Shown here piece after piece: positions 35,541 through 42,784 of a DNA stretch of 46,195 bases (position 1 is its first letter; every line of letters starts with the position of its first letter). Both the position numbers and the translations under genes were made by a program. Where the stretch lies: the IMG/VR virus record IMGVR_UViG_3300021411_000002, positions 1 to 46,195 of that record; one strand, given 5' to 3'. The stretch comes from a virus (taxonomy: Duplodnaviria > Caudoviricetes). The notes below the pieces were generated by a model. That model was given only the letters and a program-made list of their open reading frames with translations. It had not been told where the DNA came from and did no database searches.

Positions 35541-35737
35541 TTGATCCCAACCAGCCGGTTGAAGTGGATCGGCCAGCGCACAGCGAACAGGACGCGCGCA
35601 ACTCGGTCTACAACGCGCTGACAGCCGCAGGCTACACGGTGACGGGGATGTCTGAGGGCATCTACGGGGTCACCTCGCCGCAAGACCCGGACCTGATGAT
35701 CACGCTGGTAATCCATCGGACTCCCGTGATACGCTAG
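35537..35737 (+). CDS. Hypothetical protein
   Basis: ATGA overlap. Confidence 0.5.
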   Translation: MIDPNQPVEVDRPAHSEQDARNSVYNALTAAGYTVTGMSEGIYGVTSPQDPDLMITLVIHRTPVIR

Positions 35738-35780
35738 TCTGGTCTAGCGACGGAGTCCCTCCCCAGGGGCTCACCCTGAG

Positions 35781-35828
35781 AACGACCCCCGCGGTCATCC
35801 TTCCGGCCGCGGGGGTCGTTTCGTGTTT
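35781..35828. terminator. Intrinsic terminator between convergent genes
   Basis: 14-bp stem AACGACCCCCGCGG / CCGCGGGGGTCGTT followed by TCGTGTTT. Confidence 0.75.
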
Positions 35829-35832
35829 CGGG

Positions 35833-36042
35833 TCAGCGCTGGGAGATCGACAGGTTGTGTCGCTTGGGGGCACTTCCCAGAACGCCGCCGACCTGTCCGG
35901 CGGCGTTGCCGAACTCGGCGCGAACCGAGACCACGCCTTCGTAGATCCCCTCTACCATCTCGTGGATGGCCAGTACCTCGTCGTGGCAATCGCGGTCGTA
36001 CTGCACCAGGATCACGACGCAGTCTCTGCGCTTTTCGGTCAC
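35833..36042 (-). CDS. Hypothetical protein (69 aa), lone reverse-strand gene
   Basis: GGAGG SD before GTG on the minus strand; upstream GGTAAGAT promoter motif; ends at the terminator. Confidence 0.55.
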   Translation of the reverse strand: MTEKRRDCVVILVQYDRDCHDEVLAIHEMVEGIYEGVVSVRAEFGNAAGQVGGVLGSAPKRHNLSISQR

Positions 36043-36088
36043 GGGAAAGCCTCCCAAAGTGAGAAACGGAACGGGCGAACGGCCCATC

Positions 36089-36103
36089 TTACCACAGAGG
36101 TAA
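36089..36103. promoter_or_regulatory. TTACC-N5-GGTAA operator/promoter (fires leftward)
   Basis: ATCTTACC acaga GGTAAG; minus strand reads TGTGGTAAGAT. Confidence 0.75.
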
Positions 36104-36160
36104 GGTCTCCTGCAAACGTCCGTTTCACTTTGCGCGATTTCAGGTGATACGCTTGCCTTC

Positions 36161-37294
36161 ATGCCGAGCCAGGTACTTACTCCCACGTGCGCAACCGCCG
36201 CGGTCGAGCTTGCCGGCGGGCTGTTCCGCAAGCAAATCTTGCCGTTCAAGACGATCAACTACACGGCGCCGGACGGGTCCAAACGGAAGCTCACGTTTGA
36301 TCGGAAATTCCACCAAGATCTGGTCGCCTCCTACCAGTCCGGCGCTTTTGGTCAAGTTCCGTTTCAGTTGGCGGATTCCAAGAATACCCATACCAACGAC
36401 CCGGAACGCACCCGCGGCGAGATCACGGGGCTGGAGATGGGCGCCGATGGGCTGTACGCGCTGGTTAAACCGACGACGCCCGAGGCCGCAGAGCTGATCC
36501 GGACCAATCCGAAGCTCGGAGTTTCGGTCCGGGTGGTGGAGAACTATCAGCGGTCGGACGGCCAATTCTTCCCCCGCGCGTTGCAGCACGTGCTGGGCAC
36601 GCTGGACCCCCAGGTGATCGGGATGAAACCCTGGGAAGAAGTCCAACTCACCGATCCGGTCACCGACGAAACGATCGACCTGACCGCGAGTACGTACGAA
36701 AGGACGACCATGAGTGACGATGGTACGGGCGGCACCGGGCAGGTGACACTGACCCTGGACGCGGCGCAGGCCGATCGGCTGGCGCTGCTGCTGAACGACG
36801 ACGACGCGGCCGCTGCGGCTCTGGCCGGTGTGATCGGTCTGGCCAACGGTAACCAGGGCACGGGCGACGACGACGATGAGCCGTACGCCGGTCTGGCGCC
36901 GGAGGTCGCGGCGGCCATCGAGATGGCGAACGCCACCGCCGAGGCGGCCAACCAGCGGTCGATAGAACTGGCTAACCAACTGGCGACCGCTCAGGTGGCC
37001 GGCGAGGTGGAGCGCTACAGCGTCGCCGGACTGGCCCCGGCGATCATCGACGCGGCCCGGCCGTTGCTGTCGGTCCAGTCCGGGGCGATCAATCTGTCCA
37101 ACGGTGCGGCCCAGGTGGATCCCGGCGCGGTGATTCGGGCGGTGCTGGACACGGTGCTGGGGCTGTCGCAGGCCGGATTGGACGTGATCGACCTGGGCCG
37201 AGAGACCGGATCGGCGCAAGGTTCGGAGACGGACCCGACCACCCAACGGCGGGACGCGCTGCTGGCGCAGTGGACCACCGACTACGGCAACTGA
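36161..37294 (+). CDS. Prohead protease / scaffold (Mu I-like)
   Basis: Upstream of the capsid genes; H..DP...G, GVSVR, LQHVLGTLDP; helical acidic C-half; TGATACGCT 7 nt before ATG. Confidence 0.7.
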   Translation: MPSQVLTPTCATAAVELAGGLFRKQILPFKTINYTAPDGSKRKLTFDRKFHQDLVASYQSGAFGQVPFQLADSKNTHTNDPERTRGEITGLEMGADGLYALVKPTTPEAAELIRTNPKLGVSVRVVENYQRSDGQFFPRALQHVLGTLDPQVIGMKPWEEVQLTDPVTDETIDLTASTYERTTMSDDGTGGTGQVTLTLDAAQADRLALLLNDDDAAAAALAGVIGLANGNQGTGDDDDEPYAGLAPEVAAAIEMANATAEAANQRSIELANQLATAQVAGEVERYSVAGLAPAIIDAARPLLSVQSGAINLSNGAAQVDPGAVIRAVLDTVLGLSQAGLDVIDLGRETGSAQGSETDPTTQRRDALLAQWTTDYGN

Positions 37295-37309
37295 AAGGAG
37301 TAAGACATC

Positions 37310-38209
37310 ATGGCTGCAGTAGTTGCCGTCTCCCGGTTCGGACCCGACAGTTACACGGTCTCGCCGGCCGGGTTCGTGGACGGTGGGATGATGGTCGAGC
37401 CAGACCCGGCCAACGCTGGGTTCATTCGGGTGGCATCGGCCGCTTCGAACACCTTCCTGGGCGTGGCGATCCAGCCGGCCGAGGGATCGGCGTTTGCCAA
37501 CCCCATCACCGCCGGGTACAACGCGCCGATCCTGGACATCTCGGTTCCGGTGGAACGGGTCGCGGTCGGCTGGCAAGGCACCTATAAACTGCTCTACAGT
37601 GAGGCTGTGAACTTCGGCCAACTGGTGTCGTGCGGGGCGAACGGGACCGTGGTTCCCTATCAACTGGCGGCCTGGACCGTGGTCAACCCGACCGATGGTG
37701 TGACCACCGGGGCACACGCCGGGGTAGCCGATGGCGTGACCACGGCCGGCTCCACCACGGTGACCAGCGCAACCGCCGCGTTCATCGCCAGTGACGTGGG
37801 CCGAGCCATCTCGGGCGGTTCGATCCCGGCCAACACGACGATCACGGCGGTGGGTTCGGGCACCTCAATCACGATCAGTGCCGCCGCGACTGTGTCGGCC
37901 GTTGGTGTGGCACTGGTGTTCGGCGCCCAGTTCCGGGTGTCCTCAGCGGCTTCCACCTTCACTCAGGGCGTGGAGGGTGCGACCATCTCGGGCGGTTCGA
38001 TTCCGGCGGCCACCATCGTTACCACGTTCGTGGATTCGCACACGCTGATCCTGTCCAACGCTCCCACCGTGACCGCGGCCGGCGTGACCTTCACGTTCAC
38101 CAACGTGCCGGCGAATCAAACTCAGGCCGGACAGGTGGTTGGTCGGTGCGTGGAGCCCAGCGGTGTGATCGCCGGGGCACTGGGTAAAACCCGTCTGGCC
38201 GGGGTCTGA
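37310..38209 (+). CDS. Capsid decoration/cement protein with inserted repeated beta domains
   Basis: Between scaffold and MCP; FLGVA, GQLV..GANG, QVVGRC; duplicated ISGGSIPA segments. Confidence 0.6.
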   Translation: MAAVVAVSRFGPDSYTVSPAGFVDGGMMVEPDPANAGFIRVASAASNTFLGVAIQPAEGSAFANPITAGYNAPILDISVPVERVAVGWQGTYKLLYSEAVNFGQLVSCGANGTVVPYQLAAWTVVNPTDGVTTGAHAGVADGVTTAGSTTVTSATAAFIASDVGRAISGGSIPANTTITAVGSGTSITISAAATVSAVGVALVFGAQFRVSSAASTFTQGVEGATISGGSIPAATIVTTFVDSHTLILSNAPTVTAAGVTFTFTNVPANQTQAGQVVGRCVEPSGVIAGALGKTRLAGV

Positions 38210-38238
38210 GGGCCGGCGTCAACGAAGGAGAATGACAG

Positions 38239-39171
38239 ATGCCGACTGCAGTAACCTACTCGGGGCAGGGTCCCCGGCTTACCGTCAACGCGATGCTGGT
38301 GGACCCGCTGATGATCCGGGCCCGCATGCTGCAGATGATGACGCAGCAGTTCATCATGACCGCACTGCTGCGCAACGCACCGGCCACCCAGTCCGGCGCG
38401 GTGGTCTACGCCGAGAGCAACCCGCTGTTCGCCACCGACGATGCGGCCGAGGTTGCTGAGGGCGCCGAGATCCCGCTGGGTCAGGTCCAGATCGGCAATC
38501 CCAAGGTCGCGGTTACCCGCAAGACCGGGCTGGGTGTCGAGATCACCCGTGAGATGCGGGACCGCAACCGGATCGACCTGGTTCAGTTGTCGATGGACCA
38601 GGTCCGGAACACCATGGTGCGAAACTGGGAACGTCGGCTGTTCGCTTCGTTCGACGCGGCCACGGCCCAGACCGGCATGGTGGTGGCCGGTTCCCAGTGG
38701 TCCAGCCCGACCCTGAACACGTCGGCGCCGCGTCGGGACGTTCTGGCCGCAACCAAGCTGGTGACCGAAGCGGTCGCTCCGAACATGGATCCGAACAACC
38801 AGCAGGATTTCTTCGGGTTCCAACCCGACACGCTGGTGATTTCCACGACCGCCCAGTACAACCTGATGCAGAACAGCGATTTCGTTCAGCTATACCTGGG
38901 CGGTGACATCGCGGATCGCAACCCGAACTACACCGGACAACTGGAACGCAAGCTGCTGGACCTGGACATCATGACTTCTCGGTTCATCGCTCCGAACGTT
39001 TCATACGTGTTGCAGACCAACGTGCTGGGTGGGTACTCCGACGAGCGCCCGCTGGGCGTCACGCCGCTGTACGCCGACCTGCCGCGCGAGGTCTGGCGCG
39101 CCGACGTGGTCCGTCGGACCGCGATCTTCATCGACCAGCCGTTCGCGGTCGCCAAGATCGTATCCACCTGA
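38239..39171 (+). CDS. Major capsid protein (HK97 fold)
   Basis: 310 aa; VAEGAEIP, K.GLGVEITREM, PDTLVI, IDQPFAVAKI. Confidence 0.88.
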   Translation: MPTAVTYSGQGPRLTVNAMLVDPLMIRARMLQMMTQQFIMTALLRNAPATQSGAVVYAESNPLFATDDAAEVAEGAEIPLGQVQIGNPKVAVTRKTGLGVEITREMRDRNRIDLVQLSMDQVRNTMVRNWERRLFASFDAATAQTGMVVAGSQWSSPTLNTSAPRRDVLAATKLVTEAVAPNMDPNNQQDFFGFQPDTLVISTTAQYNLMQNSDFVQLYLGGDIADRNPNYTGQLERKLLDLDIMTSRFIAPNVSYVLQTNVLGGYSDERPLGVTPLYADLPREVWRADVVRRTAIFIDQPFAVAKIVST

Positions 39172-39181
39172 GGAGGCTATC

Positions 39182-39481
39182 GTGTCATTCGTCCACCCCG
39201 GGTTGGACCCGGACGAGGATTCCCCCGACGAGGACGTGCGAGCCTTCCAGGTTCGTGCCGCCGTGATGCACGTGGTTCGGGGCGCCGACAAGTGGGGCCA
39301 GCCGGTGATCGCCGGGTACGATCGCGGCGAGACGGTCCAACTGACACCGGGCTACGCCGAGCCGTACCTGAAAGCTGGATTGCTGCGGTCGATCGAGCCG
39401 GAAGAAGAAGACGACGACGAAGCGCCGCGACCAACCACTCGTCACAAGACGCCATCGACCGATGACGGAGACGATTCGTAG
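39182..39481 (+). CDS. Hypothetical acidic protein
   Basis: GAGGAGG SD; follows the MCP. Confidence 0.55.
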   Translation: MSFVHPGLDPDEDSPDEDVRAFQVRAAVMHVVRGADKWGQPVIAGYDRGETVQLTPGYAEPYLKAGLLRSIEPEEEDDDEAPRPTTRHKTPSTDDGDDS

Positions 39482-39499
39482 CGCACCCGTTGGGTTAGG

Positions 39500-39558
39500 A
39501 GTCTGATTTATATGTATTTCTGAGACTGCCAGTCCCGAAGATACATATAAATCAGACT
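39500..39558. repeat. AT-rich palindromic element C
   Basis: AGTCTGATTTATATGTAT...GACT-gcc-AGTC...ATACATATAAATCAGACT; asymmetric core inverted relative to A/B/D. Confidence 0.9.
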
Positions 39559-39574
39559 TATAGGAGGTGAGAAG

Positions 39575-40117
39575 ATGCCAGTAGCCCCGACCACGATCTA
39601 CACGACGGTGGCTCTGGTCCGGGCCGTCGCCGTACGCGACCCGACCAACACCGCGGCTACACTCGCCTCTCTGTCGGACGACCAGCTTCAGGAGGCGATC
39701 AACGATGCGGCGTCACAGGTAGATTCGGCGATCGGATTCACCTTTCCGACTCCGTTCGCGGTCCCGGTGCCGGTCCAGATCACGCTGATTACCCGAGACA
39801 TCGCGACCTACCTGGCGGACTGGACTTACCGGCAGTTCAAGGACTACGCATCCGGCAACCCGCTACTGTTGCGGTACCAGCGGGCGATCGCGTTGCTGGA
39901 GGGGCTGCGGTCGGGTAAGGCCAAGCTGGTCGATTGGCCACCGCCCGGCGACGTGATCGATCAGCCCTCACCCGAAGGCGGCACCATCGTCAACGACGGG
40001 TACTTCGGGACCGCGCCGGACCTGACCCGAGGCATCCCCGTCAACGAGTCGGCCCATTTGGGTCGGCAATGGAACGGCCCAGGCAGCGCAGAGAACTGGG
40101 GGCAGGGCTGGTGGTAG
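39575..40117 (+). CDS. Head-tail adaptor (Mu gp36/DUF1320-like)
   Basis: YTT, AINDAASQVDSAI, DIATY, RYQRAIALLE.L.SG. Confidence 0.75.
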   Translation: MPVAPTTIYTTVALVRAVAVRDPTNTAATLASLSDDQLQEAINDAASQVDSAIGFTFPTPFAVPVPVQITLITRDIATYLADWTYRQFKDYASGNPLLLRYQRAIALLEGLRSGKAKLVDWPPPGDVIDQPSPEGGTIVNDGYFGTAPDLTRGIPVNESAHLGRQWNGPGSAENWGQGWW

Positions 40118-40614
40118 ATCAGGGATCGTTCTTCGACCGGATCGATGAGCTAGCCGAAAAGATCGGAGATAATCAGCTCGTCGGAGACGTGCACGTGGAC
40201 CAGATCTACGCGTTCAACCAGCACGAAGGCTATTGGGTGAGCGGCCCGAACGCCGGCCGGACCCTGGACAACCACGGGCATCTGCACTACCTGTCCGGAC
40301 CGCTGTACGACCACGCCGACCAGTACTACCAGGAGATCGCGGATCGCGTGCTGGACGAAGGTCCGGTCCCACCGATGATCGACGACGTCAAAAACCTGAT
40401 CACGAACGTGCTGATCAACGCACCTGTCGAGTTCGACAATCTACGGCGGTCGGCGGCCGGCACAGTGACCGACAACGGCGATGTGGCCTGGCATCAAGAC
40501 GCCGAGGTCCCCCGGTTGTCGGCGCAGGAACTGGCGGCCGAGCGGCGCGGACAGGGCAAGTCTGGTCGGTGGAACTCGTCCGGTGACACCCGACACGGGA
40601 GGGCGAGACCGTGA
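40111..40614 (+). CDS. Neck / tail-completion protein
   Basis: YAFNQHEG, HYLSGP, APVEFDNLRRS; position. Confidence 0.6.
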   Translation: MVDQGSFFDRIDELAEKIGDNQLVGDVHVDQIYAFNQHEGYWVSGPNAGRTLDNHGHLHYLSGPLYDHADQYYQEIADRVLDEGPVPPMIDDVKNLITNVLINAPVEFDNLRRSAAGTVTDNGDVAWHQDAEVPRLSAQELAAERRGQGKSGRWNSSGDTRHGRARP

Positions 40615-41036
40615 TCGATCCCGTCCTGATGGCCCTGTGGCTATCCGCATTGCTGTCCGGCCAGCCGCAGGCGCCGAATTTCGCGGTCGGACCGAACCGG
40701 CCCGAATTGGAATTTCCGGACAACCTGGGAATCGTGACGCCGATGCCGGGCCCCGGCTCGGGCACCGAGGGTTTGATCGATTTTCCGGTGTTCCAGATTC
40801 GGATTCGGGGGCTGACACCCTACTACGCCCAGTTGGCGAACCAGGCGAATATGGTCGACCAGGCGTTGGTATTCGGGCTGTACCCCGCCAACATCTGGGG
40901 CAGTCGGATTTTGACCGTGGGCCGGCCCGGCTCCGGCCCGGTGCCGGTCAACGAAGATCCGACCAACCAGCGGATCAGTTTCATGTGCAACTATCTCGTG
41001 ACCGAAGCAATCAGCATAGGGAGTCCGGTGCTATGA
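40611..41036 (+). CDS. Tail terminator-like protein
   Basis: PVFQIRIRG, RISFMCNY; position before the major tail gene. Confidence 0.6.
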   Translation: MIDPVLMALWLSALLSGQPQAPNFAVGPNRPELEFPDNLGIVTPMPGPGSGTEGLIDFPVFQIRIRGLTPYYAQLANQANMVDQALVFGLYPANIWGSRILTVGRPGSGPVPVNEDPTNQRISFMCNYLVTEAISIGSPVL

Positions 41037-41464
41037 GCGAACCGAACCTGCCACCCGCCGACGCCGGACCCCTGGAGAGCCAGCCAGTGGCACCGACCAA
41101 GGATGGCAACATCATCCTGGCCACCACCAATCCCCACATGCGATTCACCGACGAGCTGAACCCCGAAGGCGAGTTGTTCCCGCCGATCGAGTTCGCCGGC
41201 ACCGAGGTGACACCGGACCAGGCCAAGGCGGCAGTGGCCGCGGCGGCACGATCCAACATCGGTCTGGCCCGGCGCGACAGTCAGTTGCAGTTGGCCACGA
41301 TTATGTTGGCCGCGCCGGAAGGGTTCGTGGTGGCGGACAATCGGCACGGCCTGTCGTTCCCCGCGGTGGTCTCAACCGGCACGGTGATGACCTACGAGCA
41401 GGCCAGTGCGGCGCGTGCCGAGGCGGCCCGGATCGGCGTGGAACTGAAAGAGGTTAGCCGATGA
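41033..41464 (+). CDS. Hypothetical virion-region protein with internal duplication
   Basis: FPPIEFAGTEVTPDQA and FPAVVSTGTVMTYEQA. Confidence 0.55.
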   Translation: MSEPNLPPADAGPLESQPVAPTKDGNIILATTNPHMRFTDELNPEGELFPPIEFAGTEVTPDQAKAAVAAAARSNIGLARRDSQLQLATIMLAAPEGFVVADNRHGLSFPAVVSTGTVMTYEQASAARAEAARIGVELKEVSR

Positions 41465-42057
41465 CTTCTCCCGCGGCTCCGACCTACAACCGGCTGAACG
41501 TGCTGGTCGGCATGGCCAACTGTTTCGTTCAGCCCTACAACCCTCTGGTGCCGGCGGTGCTGCCTTCGGACCTGATCGCCCTGAACGGTGTCTGGGCTTC
41601 CCCCTGGGTACCGATCGGTGCGACCGATCAGGGTCTGTCGTTCAGTTTCGCTCGCAAGACCACCAACATCACGATCGAGGAGCAGCAGACTCCGGTCTCG
41701 GTTACTTCCGATTCGACCGACGTGATGGCCAACGTGGACTTGGCCGAGGACAGTCTGCAGACCATGCTGTGGGCGTTCGGTGGCGGCACCATCACCGCGA
41801 TCGCCGCGGCACCGACCCAGCCGGCGATGAACGTGCTGCAGATCCACAGCAATCTGGATCAGTTCGCGTTCGGTTTCGAGGGGACCGACCCGGCCGGGTT
41901 CTACCGCCGGGTGCTGGTCCAGCCAACGGTGTCGGCCGGCAAGGTGGACGCCAAATTCCGGCGGGCCGCGGGTAAGCGGATGTATTCCACCAGCTTTACT
42001 TACCTGGACAAACTGGAGAACCTGGGAATCCGGGAGATGACCGGACCGCACACGTGA
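41461..42057 (+). CDS. Major tail protein
   Basis: NVLVG, W..IGATDQGLSFS, LAEDSL; 198 aa, before chaperone and TMP. Confidence 0.8.
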   Translation: MTSPAAPTYNRLNVLVGMANCFVQPYNPLVPAVLPSDLIALNGVWASPWVPIGATDQGLSFSFARKTTNITIEEQQTPVSVTSDSTDVMANVDLAEDSLQTMLWAFGGGTITAIAAAPTQPAMNVLQIHSNLDQFAFGFEGTDPAGFYRRVLVQPTVSAGKVDAKFRRAAGKRMYSTSFTYLDKLENLGIREMTGPHT

Positions 42058-42068
42058 GGGTGAGCTGA

Positions 42069-42458
42069 ATGGGCTTTGATGCCGGCAAGTTCGTCGACGT
42101 TCTGGACTACGATTTTACCGCGTTCGGTGGCTCCAAGGGCGTGGTGCCCGAACCATCGGACAAGGTGCTGCTGCGATTCCAGGACAGCATGCGTAAAGGT
42201 CTGGTCGAGTTCGGGATCACCGACGCGATCGATATCACCGACAACGCCGTGGTGATGAGAATCATCGCCAAATTGCCGGCCGAACAGATGTCTCAGTTCC
42301 TGGAGATGCAGGTGGATGCCCTGGCCGAATTCTGTCAAGGCACTCCCACCCTGACCGAGCTGCAGACGATGCCGGTCAGGGTGCGCAACGCGTTCGCCGG
42401 ATGGCTGATGGGTAAATTCGAAAACCCGGAATCCTTGGCCACCGCTACGAACTCTTAA
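42069..42458 (+). CDS. Tail assembly chaperone (G)
   Basis: Between major tail and TMP; G.VPEPSD; ends near the slippery site. Confidence 0.75.
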   Translation: MGFDAGKFVDVLDYDFTAFGGSKGVVPEPSDKVLLRFQDSMRKGLVEFGITDAIDITDNAVVMRIIAKLPAEQMSQFLEMQVDALAEFCQGTPTLTELQTMPVRVRNAFAGWLMGKFENPESLATATNS

Positions 42459-42784
42459 GCGGTGGCCCAGACCGCAGACGGCTTTATTTCCGAGTTCGAG
42501 AAACCCTGTACTTCGACGTAGATCAGTGGGACGCCTTGCCCTGGTGGCAACAGATTATGTACACCCGACAGATGGAGGTCGCGGCGGCCGAGCAGCAGTC
42601 CGGTGAGGTCGAGGCCGAAGGTGATTTGACCGACGAGCTGACCTACCGGGTCCAGACCGAACTGCCGACCGGCCGGACCGGCTCCGGGACGGTGGAAGGG
42701 ACCGCCGAAGCCCTGCAACAACTGGGGATCAACGTGGTCCGGGTCCAGTTCGGTCAGCAGGAGGAGGTGCGTCATCACATTTGA
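42422..42784 (+). CDS. -1 frameshift extension of the chaperone (GT)
   Basis: A-AAC-CCG heptamer at 42422-42428; -1 frame open to 42784 (QWDALPWWQQ). Confidence 0.65.
   Translation, partial: KPGILGHRYELLSGGPDRRRLYFRVRETLYFDVDQWDALPWWQQIMYTRQMEVAAAEQQSGEVEAEGDLTDELTYRVQTELPTGRTGSGTVEGTAEALQQLGINVVRVQFGQQEEVRHHI

Noticed and set aside
36140-37717. Long alternative ORFs (also 31882-32997, 29528-30664, 21076-22590, 21951-22985)
   Set aside because: Shadow ORFs overlapping well-supported genes, expected in high-GC DNA; no motifs or start signals
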